This document shows, piece by piece, positions 18,750 to 28,698 of a DNA stretch of 64,000 bases. The notes beneath the pieces were generated by a model, which had not been told where the DNA came from, searched no databases, and was given only the letters and a program-made list of their open reading frames with translations. Origin of the DNA: an uncultured delta proteobacterium (GTDB lineage Bacteria; Myxococcota_A; UBA9160; SZUA-336); contig CAVPHD010000005.1 in NCBI GenBank assembly GCA_963704165.1, positions 32,001 to 96,000 of the forward strand. Reading direction: 5' to 3'. The position numbers were made by a program, and so were the translations under genes. Each line of letters opens with the position of its first letter. The first letter of the stretch is position 1.

Positions 18750-20811
18750 TCAGCGCGTACTTCCTCGGTCACGACGATTGTCCCCGCCGCTGGACTCGAC
18801 GCCGGGATCGACTCGGGTATCGGACCGCTTTCGCTCCGCTGCGCGCTCGCGTCGATCGACTCGCGGCGCAGCGCGTTCGATCCGAGCCGGAGCCCCCCGC
18901 TCGACGCGCGCGGGTGCCTCGCGCGCGGCACCGTGCCGCTCGGACCGGGCTGCGCGGGCCTGCGTTTGCGGGCGTTCTCGGCGTTCGACCTGCTTCGGGC
19001 TCGGCGCTTGCGAGCCGTTGCTTCGCGCGACTCGCGAAGCACCACGCGCTCCGCCGCGGGACTTCTGTGCGGTCGCGGCACGTGATCGCGCCGGCTCCGA
19101 GGCCGTCGCGGCCTCTCGCGCGCGGTCGCGACCGACGCGCGGCGCGCTCGACACCGAGCCGCGTCGCTCAAGCGTGTCGGCCTGAGCACGCGGTGTGCGC
19201 GGCGAGGCCTCTCGGCGCTCGCGCGTCGGCTCGCGTCTCGAGACCGCGGGCTTCGACACAGGATCGCGTCGCTCCGCCCGCTCGGCACGCGCCATCCGCG
19301 TCGGAGGTGCCGCCGACGCAGCGCTCGCGCGGCGTTGGCTTCCGCCTCGCGGGATTCGGGCGTCCGTGCGCGGACGCGCCTCGCCGCGGACGCGGCCGGG
19401 ATCCTGTCGCGTGACGACGCTTCGTTCGCGGGTCCCACGCGACGGGCGCGTGCCGCGTCGTTCCGCCTTCACGTACGCGTCGCGATTCGCCCGGATTCCG
19501 AGATCTCCGCCGCGCACCGGAGCGAGCTTCGCGGAGTCGAACCGCGCGATGCGCGCGTCCTTCACATGCCCGTGACCGAAGCGCCCGCGATCGACCGCCA
19601 CCATCGCGCCGTGGCGACCGTGGTGTTGATAGTGCCGAATCTGATTCACGTTCACGTGATGGTGATTCTTGATCACGATGTTGTTGACCACTCGTGGTCC
19701 ACCCCAGCCCGCCCAACGCGCCACGCCGCGGCAGCCGCGTGGACCCCACCAGGGGACGACCGGCTCGCCCCAGCCCAGCGCCACCCAGCCGACGTAGGGC
19801 CGGCCGAAGCTCACGCTCACCGAGACGCTCGGGCTCGAGTAGAACGCGACCAACGCCGGCGAGTAGTACGCGCGGGTGACGCGCGGCCCGGGGGACCAGG
19901 CCCAGTAGTTGCTCACGTAGACCCAGCGCCCGTAGTGGAACGGCGCCCAGCCCCAGGGTGCATCATCGACCCAGGTCCACCCGTAGTACGGGATCCGAAA
20001 CCCAGCGGCCTGTGCTGTAGGGCGCCCAGCCGATCGCGACGCGCGGCACCCAGACCGCGCCGTACGAGGGAACGGTTCGCCAGGCGCCGTGATCGTCGAG
20101 ATCGTCGGTGCCGTAGACACCGGAGGGGACGTAGCGCGCACTCACCGGTGCGCTCTGTCGCTCGCTTCGCGAATAGTTCCAGCGATCCCAGTCGTCGAGC
20201 GAGGGTGACCCCGACGATACGAGAACCGGCGAGTCCGTACCGCGCACCACGACCTGCTCGTTCGCGGAGATCGGCGCGGGCAACCCCTTCCCGGTCTGAA
20301 CGACGGCCTGGCCACCGCGTCGGGTGATGAACTTCGTCTCGTCGCCCGCGATCTCGACCCGGTAGTAGCCCGGGCGCTCGATCGTGAATGCCGCGTTGGG
20401 TGTGTTGACATCGAGCGTCTGTCCCGACGCGAGCTCGCGCACGTCGAGTGCAGCCGTGCCACTGAAGAGCTCGAACTGCAGGTAGTCCGGCTCGAGCGCG
20501 CCGAGCGCGAGCTGTGTCGCCTCGCCCGCGCGCAGATAGCTGCGCGCCCCGATCTGAAGCTCGAGGTTCGCGCCCGCGCCCGTCGAAAGCTCGTCGCCCG
20601 AGGCGAGCGGTGTGTTGATTCGCGCCACGGTCCAGTCGTCGTCACCCGGGCGCCAGTACGAGACCTCGCCGTCGGTGAACGACAGTCGCGGAGGGGTGCG
20701 CTCGAAGCCGAGCGCGGAGCTCTCGTCATCCTCCGCGCCAGCGGGTGGAGCAGCGATCACCAACAGAACCAGAAGCGCGCGAGAGAACCAGCGATCGATC
20801 GTGAGAGTCAT
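18750..20811 (-). CDS. Secreted FecR-like/DUF6600 protein with an Arg-rich low-complexity tail (one frameshift near 19990)
   Basis: Signal peptide; RLSFTDGEVSY..INTPLASGDEL FecR-like region; Trp-rich GWAPYSTGRW, YGWTWVDDAPWGWAPFHYGRW, YSPALVAF. Confidence 0.82.
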
Positions 20812-21160
20812 CGTTGTCCATCCTTGTGTCCCTCGGGGCCGTCGATGCCGCCGCCGATCCCGTAGGTGAGCGCGCGGCCGAAGACCTCGAGCGGAACGAC
20901 GATCCCGTAGTACAGGCCGTACCGGATCGTGAGACCTGCGACGTAGAAGGGCGCATAGACCGCCCGGACGGCGATCGGGAGCGGGCGCGGCGCGGCGGCG
21001 GCGGGAGCGGACGCGGCTCGTAATAGACCACCGCGGGCGCGGGCGCGTAGATCACCTCGGTGCGGGCAGGCCGCCAATCGGGCGGTGGCGGCGGACCCGC
21101 CAGCGCTACCGATCCCGAGAGGCAGAGCGCGAAGACCGCGAATGCCCGACCGAGCTTCAC
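20808..21160 (-). CDS. Small secreted proline-rich hypothetical protein (frameshift near 20990)
   Basis: GAGGGGG RBS and GTG; signal peptide; PPPPP; C-terminal part in ORF 20808..21077; stop overlaps the next start (ATGA). Confidence 0.55.
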
Positions 21161-21175
21161 AGCCCCCTCGCGAGG

Positions 21176-21202
21176 TTCGACGGTGCTTGCGACGGGAAGT
21201 TC
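21176..21202 (-). promoter_or_regulatory. ECF sigmaE/AlgU-type promoter GAACTT-N16-TCGAA
   Basis: Minus strand reads GAACTTcccgtcgcaagcaccgTCGAA, ending 15 nt before GTG 21160. Confidence 0.7.
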
Positions 21203-21275
21203 AAACCGGCCATGATTCGCGCGGAACAGCGTGCGCATCGCCAGGTTGAACCCGTCGGGTCCGGATTGGTTTCGG

Positions 21276-21291
21276 AGTGAGCTTGCTCACA
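21276..21291. promoter_or_regulatory. CRP-type box (TGTGAGCAAGCTCACT on the minus strand)
   Basis: 9/10 match to TGTGA-N6-TCACA, with an internal perfect palindrome GTGAGC-TT-GCTCAC, in a divergent intergenic region. Confidence 0.55.
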
Positions 21292-21351
21292 CTCGGTTCG
21301 GTACCCTCGCGGCGCGTGCGGTGCCCGGGCACCGACGAAGGCCGGCGGTCC

Positions 21352-22833
21352 ATGAAAATCGTTCTCGTCCTGCTCGTCGTTCTCTGCTCTGCTTGCACGC
21401 ACCCATTCGCGGTTGCGCCGCGCCCGAACATCGTTCTGATCCTCGCGGACGATCTGGGCTTCTCGGACGTCAGCCCGTACGGCGGCGAGATCCACACGCC
21501 GAACCTGCAACGTCTCGCCGACGAGGGACTTCGCTTCACGCAGTTCTACGACAACGCGAAGTGCACGGTGACGCGCGCGTCGCTGCTCTCCGGCATGTAC
21601 CCGCGCAACCACGGCGACTCGATCCCGCTCGAGTTCCCGACGATCGCCGAGATGCTGCGCGCGCACGGCTACCAGACCGGCATGAGCGGGAAGTGGCACC
21701 TGGGTGCGAGCGCTCCGCAACGGCCGATCGATCGCGGCTTCGACGAGTTCTACGGGCTGATGGGCGGCGCGATGAGCTACTTCGATCCCGCGCGACCCGA
21801 TCCCGAGTTCAAGAGCTCCCGGATCCGGACGTTCGTGCACAACGACCAGCCGATTCGCGAGTTCCCGCCCGACTTCTACGCGACCGACGCATTCGCCGCG
21901 CACACGGTCGAGACCATCCGGCGCTTCGCGAAGGCGGAGACGCCCTTCTTCATCCACCTCGCGTTCACCGCACCGCACTACCCGCTGCACGCACGTCCGG
22001 AGGACATCGCGCGATATCGCGGCCGCTACACGCTCGGCTGGGACGAGCTGCGGCGGCAGCGACACGCTCGCCAGCTCGCGCTGGGTCTGCTCGACCCGAG
22101 CTGGACGCTCTCACCGACCGACGCGAGAAGCTACGCGTGGGAGAGTGCGAACCAGGAATGGGAAGACCTGCGCATGGCGACCTACGCCGCGATGGTGGAG
22201 AGCATGGATCGCGGCATCGGCCGCGTGCTCGAAGCGCTCGACGCGCTCGGCATCGCCGACGACACGCTGGTGATCTTCCTCTCCGACAACGGCGGCACAC
22301 GGGAGGAGCCGGGCGGCCGCGACGACACGCAGCTGCCGGGCCTCGCGACCACCTACACCGCCGTCGGTCCTGCCTGGGGCTCGGCACAGAACACGCCTTT
22401 CCGGCGCTACAAGAGCTGGGTGGACGAGGGCGGCATCAGCACGCCGTTCATCGCTCGCTGGCCCGGGCACATCGTGGCGGACACGCAGACCCAGCAGATC
22501 GGACACGTGATCGATGTGCTTCCGACGCTGCTCGAGCTCACCGGCGCGAAGACCACGCCCCTCGAGGGACGAAGCCTCGCGCAGGTTCTGCGCGGCGAAA
22601 CGCTCGACCTGCACACCGATCTGTTCTGGCAATGGTCCCGGAATCGCGCGATCCGCCGCGGCAAGTGGAAGCTCGTCTGGGACGGCGATTCCGATCCGTT
22701 GAAGTGGCGGCTCTACGACATGGAGCTCGACCGCACCGAGCTCGACGATCTCGCCGAGCGCCATCCCGAGATCGTGAAGGAGCTAGCGGAGTCCCATTCG
22801 CGCTGGGCGAAGGCGACCGGCCGCTCGAAGTGA
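21352..22833 (+). CDS. Arylsulfatase family lipoprotein
   Basis: Lipobox LCSAC; PNIVLILADDLG, CTVTRASLLSG, GKWHLG, SDNG. Confidence 0.92.
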   Translation: MKIVLVLLVVLCSACTHPFAVAPRPNIVLILADDLGFSDVSPYGGEIHTPNLQRLADEGLRFTQFYDNAKCTVTRASLLSGMYPRNHGDSIPLEFPTIAEMLRAHGYQTGMSGKWHLGASAPQRPIDRGFDEFYGLMGGAMSYFDPARPDPEFKSSRIRTFVHNDQPIREFPPDFYATDAFAAHTVETIRRFAKAETPFFIHLAFTAPHYPLHARPEDIARYRGRYTLGWDELRRQRHARQLALGLLDPSWTLSPTDARSYAWESANQEWEDLRMATYAAMVESMDRGIGRVLEALDALGIADDTLVIFLSDNGGTREEPGGRDDTQLPGLATTYTAVGPAWGSAQNTPFRRYKSWVDEGGISTPFIARWPGHIVADTQTQQIGHVIDVLPTLLELTGAKTTPLEGRSLAQVLRGETLDLHTDLFWQWSRNRAIRRGKWKLVWDGDSDPLKWRLYDMELDRTELDDLAERHPEIVKELAESHSRWAKATGRSK

Positions 22834-22840
22834 CGATCGG

Positions 22841-23833
22841 CTAGCTGCCGAACGTGTCGGCGATCGCGGCCAGGTTCTCCTTCGCACGCGCGGGCGAGAC
22901 GCCGATGCTCGGCGGGTAGAAGAGAACCTGTTCGGTCAGTCCGTCCCACTGGCGCAGGCGGTCCTTCGCCTCGTCGGGACGACACGCGATCGCGATCTGG
23001 TCGACGAGCTCGTCGGGCACGGCGGCCGCGATCGACGCGAAGTCGCCGCGCTTGAAGGCGGCGGTGATCGTCTCGCCCACGCTGCGCCAGCCGTGGACGT
23101 CGAGCACCGTGTGATACAGGCTCGTCGTGTAGTAGAAGGCGATCTGCGCGCGTACCTCGCGGCGGGCGCGCTCGACGTCGTCGCTGAGCGAGCACATCAC
23201 GTAGGGCGCGAGCGCGCACTTCGAGCCCTCGAGCTCGGGGAGAACCTTCTCCGAGATGTACTTGCGCGTGAAGATCGGATGGCCGACCAGGCCGTCCGCG
23301 ACGGCGGCTGCGGCGCGGATCATGCCGCGATTCACGGCGGCGATGTAGATCGGGATCTCGCTGCGCGGCGCACCCGGGCGCATGTACTGCGGGATGTCGA
23401 CCTTGTAGTAGCTGCCATCGAAGCGCAGCCCGCCGCCCTTCTGCGCCGCGATCGCGGCGCGCACGAGCTTCACCGCTTCTCGCATTCGCGGCGCGGGCGG
23501 ATCCACGAAGGGCATCGAGTACCAGCGCTCGTTCATCGAGCGCGTGCCGCTCCCGAGTCCGAGGATCACCCGGCCACCGGAGAGCTCGTCCACGTCCATG
23601 GCGGCGGCCGACGCGAGCAGCGGTGTACGCATGAATGCGTAGGCGATCGCCGTGCCGAGCTTGACGCGCGTGGTCGCCTGCGCGAGCGCGGCGAGCCGGA
23701 CGAAGCCGTGCTGGTTGAAGAACTCCGTCACCCAGACCGAGTCGAAGCCGCGCGCTTCGGCGTGCCGGGCGGCTTCGAGCTGACCGGCGATCGTCGGCGC
23801 CATCAGGATGAGTCCGTGCTTCATGATCGCCAT
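22841..23833 (-). CDS. LLM-class (luciferase-like) flavin/F420-dependent oxidoreductase
   Basis: GFDSVWVTE, TTRVKLGTAI, LSGGRVILGLG, IPIYIAA, AAVADG. Confidence 0.88.
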   Translation of the reverse strand: MAIMKHGLILMAPTIAGQLEAARHAEARGFDSVWVTEFFNQHGFVRLAALAQATTRVKLGTAIAYAFMRTPLLASAAAMDVDELSGGRVILGLGSGTRSMNERWYSMPFVDPPAPRMREAVKLVRAAIAAQKGGGLRFDGSYYKVDIPQYMRPGAPRSEIPIYIAAVNRGMIRAAAAVADGLVGHPIFTRKYISEKVLPELEGSKCALAPYVMCSLSDDVERARREVRAQIAFYYTTSLYHTVLDVHGWRSVGETITAAFKRGDFASIAAAVPDELVDQIAIACRPDEAKDRLRQWDGLTEQVLFYPPSIGVSPARAKENLAAIADTFGS

Positions 23834-23881
23834 TAGAACAGATCGTGCGGCGAGCGCGCACGGCGGCGCTAGATTCCGGCG

Positions 23882-25219
23882 ATGCTCCGAGAGGTGACGG
23901 TTCAGGTCCTGTGCACGATGACGGTGCTCGGCTGCGCCGGCTTCGCGCACGTCGATGCCCATCCGTCACCCGCCGCTTCGCGCGAGGTGCCGGACGCACC
24001 GGTCGCGGCTCCGATCTTGCTTCGCGGCGCCACCGTCATGACCGCGGCCGGTTCGACGCTCGAGCGCGGCGACGTGCTGGTCGAGAACGGCCGCATCAGC
24101 GCCGTAGGCACCGCACTGGTCGCGAAGCCGGGAGTCGCGGTGGTCGATGCATCCGGGCGCTGGATCACGCCGGGGATCATCGACCCCCACTCCCACCTCG
24201 GTGTCTACTCGATGCCCGCGACGCCCTCGAACGCGGACGGGAACGAGATGACCGGGCCGTTCAAACCGGACCTCCGTGCCGAGCACTCGTTCTGGCCGCA
24301 GGATCCCGCGATCGAGCGCGCGCTCGCCGGTGGAGTGACGACGATCCACGTGCTGCCCGGCTCGGCGAATCTGGTCGGCGGGCAGGGAGTGACCTTGCGA
24401 CTCGTTCCGGCGCTCTCCGCGCGCGAGATGCGCAGGCCCGACGCTCCGCCGACGATGAAGCTCGCCTGCGGCGAGAATCCGATCCGCCTCTACGGCCAGG
24501 CCAAGGGCGCCGAGCCCCAGACGCGCATGGCCGAGGTCGCCCTGCTGCGTCAGAAGCTCGAGAACGCGCGCGCCTACAAACTCGAACCGGGAAAGGCGCG
24601 CGACTTCGCGACCGATGCGCTCGCGCAGGTCTTGCGCGGAGAGATCCTGGTGCAGAATCACTGCTACCGCGCGGACGAGATGCTCGTTCGCCTCGACCTC
24701 TTCGCCGAGTTCGGCATCGCGCCGCGCGCGTTTCACCACGCGGTCGAGGCCTACAAGATCCGCGACCGACTCGCCCAGGCCGGCGTCGGCGCGGTCGTCT
24801 GGGCCGATTGGGGAGGTCTCAAGATGGAGCTCGTCGATGCCGTGCCCGCGAACGCGGCGCTGCTCGACGAAGCCGGCGTGCGCGTCGCGCTCCACTCGGA
24901 TTCTCCCTACGACATCCAGCGCATGAACCAGGAAGCGGCCAAGGCGATGGCCGCCGGCCGACGGGCAGGTCTTTCGGTCGAGCGCGAGGCCGCACTCCGC
25001 TGGATCACGGCGAATCCCGCCTGGATCCTCGGCATCGATGCGCGCGTGGGAACGCTCGAACCCGGCAAGGATGCGGATCTCGTGATCTGGTCGGCGGATC
25101 CCTTCTCGGTGTACGCGCACGCCGACCAGGTCTTCGTCGCGGGCCAGCTCGTGTACGACCGCGAGAATCCCGGACCGCCGCGCTCCGACTTCGAGCTCGG
25201 TCTGCGAGGTGCGAAGTGA
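23882..25219 (+). CDS. Amidohydrolase (metal-dependent, exported)
   Basis: PGIIDPHSHLG, KLACGENP, HCYRA, HHAVE, HSDS, GTLEPGKDADLVIW. Confidence 0.9.
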   Translation: MLREVTVQVLCTMTVLGCAGFAHVDAHPSPAASREVPDAPVAAPILLRGATVMTAAGSTLERGDVLVENGRISAVGTALVAKPGVAVVDASGRWITPGIIDPHSHLGVYSMPATPSNADGNEMTGPFKPDLRAEHSFWPQDPAIERALAGGVTTIHVLPGSANLVGGQGVTLRLVPALSAREMRRPDAPPTMKLACGENPIRLYGQAKGAEPQTRMAEVALLRQKLENARAYKLEPGKARDFATDALAQVLRGEILVQNHCYRADEMLVRLDLFAEFGIAPRAFHHAVEAYKIRDRLAQAGVGAVVWADWGGLKMELVDAVPANAALLDEAGVRVALHSDSPYDIQRMNQEAAKAMAAGRRAGLSVEREAALRWITANPAWILGIDARVGTLEPGKDADLVIWSADPFSVYAHADQVFVAGQLVYDRENPGPPRSDFELGLRGAK

Positions 25220-26412
25220 AGTCGCTCGCCATGGCGATCGCGCTCGTCGGAGCCACCGTCTACACCGGAGACGGGCCACCGCTCGAGAACGCGACGATCG
25301 TGATCGACGGCGCGCGCGTGCACAGCGTCGGCACGAAGGTGCGCGCACCGGAGGGCGCGCGCGTGATCGACGTCACGGGCCAGGTGATCACGCCGGGTCT
25401 GGTCGCGGTGGGCACGCGGATCGGCACGCTCGACGTCGAGCTCGAAGCGTCGAGCGTCGAGGCGACGCTTCCCGCGTCGGCCGATCCGGTTCGCGCCGCG
25501 TTGCGCGCGGCGGACAGCTTCAATCCCGCGTCGTTCACGGTGCCGATCGCACGCGCGGGCGGCATCACGTCGGCGCTCGTCATGCCCGACGGCGGCCAGA
25601 TCTCGGGCCAGGCGGCGTGGGTCGATCTCGCGGGGAAGGAGTGGCTCCGGCGCGGGTCGGCGGCGCTTCGGATCGCGATCGGAGCACCGAACGGCGCGTC
25701 CGGTCCGCCGCTCGCGGGCGCGCGCGCCTCGTCGTTCCTGCGACTGCGCGAAACACTGACCGACACGCGCTTGTACCGCGGGAACCGCGGGCCGTATCTG
25801 ACGAACAAGCTGCGCCAGCTCTCGATCTCCTCCGCCGATCTCGACGTGCTCGATCGCGTGCTCGCGCGCGAGCTGATCGTGGCCATCGACGTGGACCGCG
25901 CCTCCGACATCGAGACCGTGATCGAGATCGCCGAGGAGTACTCGCTCCGTGTGGTGATCGTCGGAGGCGCCGAGGCCTGGCTCGTCGCCGGCGGGCTCGC
26001 GCGCGCCGGGATCCCGGTCGCGCTCGACGCGTTCGCCGATCTGCCCTCGAGCTTCAGCGCGCTGCGCAGCCGACCCGACTCCGCAGCGCTTCTGCAGAAG
26101 GCGGGCGTGCGCGTGATCCTCGCGGATCTCGGCAGTCCTCACTTCGCGCACCGGCTGCGCCAGTCCGCGGGAAACGCCGTCGCATCCGGCATGAAATACG
26201 ACGAGGCGATCGCGTCGATCACGCGCGTGCCGGCCGAGGTCTTCGGCATTCCCGACACCGGAACGATCCGCGCCGGATCGATCGCGAATCTCGTGGTCTG
26301 GAACGGCGACCCGCTCGAGGTCACGACCTGGGCCGAGCGCATGTGGATCCGTGGACAGGAAGTACCGCTCGAAACCCGCCAGGATCTGCTGACGCGCCGC
26401 TACCGTCGCTAG
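25216..26412 (+). CDS. Amidohydrolase-fold protein lacking the metal ligands (likely non-catalytic partner)
   Basis: GTG overlaps the upstream TGA; same fold motifs (ITPGL, GTIRAGSIANLVVWNGDPL), but HxH is replaced by AVGTR. Confidence 0.85.
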   Translation: MKSLAMAIALVGATVYTGDGPPLENATIVIDGARVHSVGTKVRAPEGARVIDVTGQVITPGLVAVGTRIGTLDVELEASSVEATLPASADPVRAALRAADSFNPASFTVPIARAGGITSALVMPDGGQISGQAAWVDLAGKEWLRRGSAALRIAIGAPNGASGPPLAGARASSFLRLRETLTDTRLYRGNRGPYLTNKLRQLSISSADLDVLDRVLARELIVAIDVDRASDIETVIEIAEEYSLRVVIVGGAEAWLVAGGLARAGIPVALDAFADLPSSFSALRSRPDSAALLQKAGVRVILADLGSPHFAHRLRQSAGNAVASGMKYDEAIASITRVPAEVFGIPDTGTIRAGSIANLVVWNGDPLEVTTWAERMWIRGQEVPLETRQDLLTRRYRR

Positions 26413-26421
26413 CGTCGGGCG

Positions 26422-27642
26422 CTACTCGCGCAGGATTCCGTCGCGGACGAGCGCGTCGATCCGCTCGCGCGAGTACCCGAGCGAGCCGAGCAGCTCGCGG
26501 CCGTGCTCGCCGATCTCCGGGGCGCGCGTGGCCGGTCGCTTCTCGGCCCCGTCGAGGTGGATCGGGCTGTCGACGGTGCGCAGACCCGGGCGCACGCCCG
26601 GCCCGACGACGGGGCGGAACACGCCGTTCGCTTCCAGCTGCGGATCGTCCGGCAGGTCGTCGATCCGCGCGATGATCCCGAACGTGACGCCGTATCGATC
26701 GAGCTCGGCGCGCCAGTGGGCGATCGGCTTCGACGCGAAGATCGGATCCAGGATCTCGACGAGCGCCGGCGCATGGGCACGCCGGTTGGAGAGCTCGGCG
26801 AAGCGCGGATCCTCGCGCAGTTCCGGCTTTCCGACGGCGTCGGTGAAGCGCGACCACTCGACCGCCTCCTGCACCATCGCGAGGTACAAGCCGCGGCCGT
26901 CCGCGCAGACGTAGCTGTTCACCAGCGCGTTCAGCGTCTTCGCGCGCGGTGGAACCGCATAGGTCGTTCCACCGCAGAGCGCGGCCTGAATCAGGATCGA
27001 GTTCGACCACGCGCCGTTCGCGACGAGCGACGTGCGCACGCGCCGGCCCTTTCCCGTCCGCTCGCGGTCGAAGAGCGCGAGCGCGATCGCGCCGAAGAGC
27101 GCGGAGGCGCCCGGGTGATCACCCATTCCGGCCGTGGCGAACGCGAAGTCCCCGTCCTGCGCGCGGACCGCGTCCATCAGACCCGATCGCGCCCACCAGG
27201 CGGTCGCGTCGTAGCCGGGCTTCTCGACCTCCGTTCCCCGGTCACCGTAGCCGGTCGCGTGCGCGTAGATCAGGCGTGGATTCTCGGCGGCGACGTCCTC
27301 GTAGCGCATGCCGAGCTTCTCGAGCACCGACGGGTGGAGATTGGTGATGAAGACGTCCGCGCCACGGACCAGGTCGAGCGCGACCGCGCGGCCCGCTTCG
27401 CGCCGCACGTCGAGCGCGATCGACTTCTTGCCGCGCGAGGTCAGGATCCAGCAGTAGTTCTCCTCGCATTCGGGCAGGGGTCGTAGCTGAGTCAGGTAGC
27501 GGTAGGCGTCGCCCGTCTGCGGGTGCTCGATGTGCACGACGTCGGCGCCGAAGTCGCCGAGAATCGTGCCGGCCGCGGGGCCGAAGACGAAGGTCGCGAG
27601 CTCGACGACGCGAATTCCGTCGAGCAGATACTTCTCACTCAT
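26422..27642 (-). CDS. Class III CoA-transferase (CaiB/BaiF)
   Basis: LDGIRVVEL, GPAAGTILGDFGADV, RGKKSIALD, PGYD, GMGD. Confidence 0.92.
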   Translation of the reverse strand: MSEKYLLDGIRVVELATFVFGPAAGTILGDFGADVVHIEHPQTGDAYRYLTQLRPLPECEENYCWILTSRGKKSIALDVRREAGRAVALDLVRGADVFITNLHPSVLEKLGMRYEDVAAENPRLIYAHATGYGDRGTEVEKPGYDATAWWARSGLMDAVRAQDGDFAFATAGMGDHPGASALFGAIALALFDRERTGKGRRVRTSLVANGAWSNSILIQAALCGGTTYAVPPRAKTLNALVNSYVCADGRGLYLAMVQEAVEWSRFTDAVGKPELREDPRFAELSNRRAHAPALVEILDPIFASKPIAHWRAELDRYGVTFGIIARIDDLPDDPQLEANGVFRPVVGPGVRPGLRTVDSPIHLDGAEKRPATRAPEIGEHGRELLGSLGYSRERIDALVRDGILRE

Positions 27643-27772
27643 GGTGTTTCCTCCCATCGGGGTGGGTGCGAGCCGAGCCGGGCGGCGGGACGGGCGAAGT
27701 GCGCGGGCGTCGCCGAGAGCTCCGCCGCGTGGCGCACACCTCGAATCCGCCCCAGCGTTTCTTGCGCGGAAC

Positions 27773-28654
27773 TCATGCGCGCAGGAACCCGCCGAGAACC
27801 TCGAGGAACTTCTCGAGCTGATCGTGGTGCACCCAGTGCCCGGCCTTCTCGACGTTCACGACCGTCGCATTCGAGAAGAACTTCGCCCGACCGTCGAGAT
27901 CGGGATCGCTCGCCCAGCTCTCGCTCCCGCGCACGAGCAGCGTCGGGCAGGTGATGCGGCTCCAGAGATCGCGCGCCTCGTCGGCGTTGAACGAGTACGG
28001 AGAGAACGCGCGGACGTAGTTGTCGAACTTCCAGCTGTACGTGCCGTCCTCGTTCTGGTTCACGCCGTGCACCGTCAGATGGCGCGCCTGCTCGTCCGAC
28101 AGGTGGGAGTTCTCGCTGTGCATGCGCGCGAACGCCTCCTCGATCGAGCCGTACCTGCGAGGTGACCGGCCGGAGAGCGCACGCATCGAGTCGATCCACT
28201 CCTTCATCCGCTCGTGAATCCGCAGCTTTGCGCGTGCGGCGATCATCGCGGGCGGCGGGCCCAGCCCCTCGATCGCCACCAGCTTCGAGACGCTCTCGGG
28301 GTAGATGCCGGTGTACGACAGACTGATCGATCCGCCGAGCGAGTGCGCCACGATCGTGACCGGCGCGAGCTTCTTCTGGTGGATCAGCTGCGCCAGATCG
28401 TAGACGTAGTCGACCATCCCGTAGTTCGCGCCAGTGACCCAGGCCGAGTCGCCGTGACCCCGAAGGTCGGGCGCGAGGATGTGCCAGTCGTGGCGCAGCC
28501 GTTCGGCGACCCAGTCCCAGTTCCGGCAGTGGTCACGCCCGCCGTGGACGAGCAGGAGCGGTGGCGCGCTTTCGTTGCCCCAGTCCACGTAGTGCAGCCG
28601 CAGCCGGTGCGACCAGAAGTAGCGCGAGGTCGGTCCGAGGAACTCTCGTGTCAT
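27773..28654 (-). CDS. Alpha/beta hydrolase
   Basis: LLVHGG, DLRGHGDS, AHSLGG nucleophile elbow, AGHWVHHD. Confidence 0.92.
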   Translation of the reverse strand: MTREFLGPTSRYFWSHRLRLHYVDWGNESAPPLLLVHGGRDHCRNWDWVAERLRHDWHILAPDLRGHGDSAWVTGANYGMVDYVYDLAQLIHQKKLAPVTIVAHSLGGSISLSYTGIYPESVSKLVAIEGLGPPPAMIAARAKLRIHERMKEWIDSMRALSGRSPRRYGSIEEAFARMHSENSHLSDEQARHLTVHGVNQNEDGTYSWKFDNYVRAFSPYSFNADEARDLWSRITCPTLLVRGSESWASDPDLDGRAKFFSNATVVNVEKAGHWVHHDQLEKFLEVLGGFLRA

Positions 28655-28698
28655 GCCGGCATGATGGCAGGCCCGCGTCGATCGGGTAAAGATCAGCC

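Noticed and set aside
18750..19560. Repetitive Arg/Ala-rich tract as a possible repeat or CRISPR array
   Set aside because: It is the low-complexity coding tail of the DUF6600 protein and has no fixed-length repeat-spacer structure.
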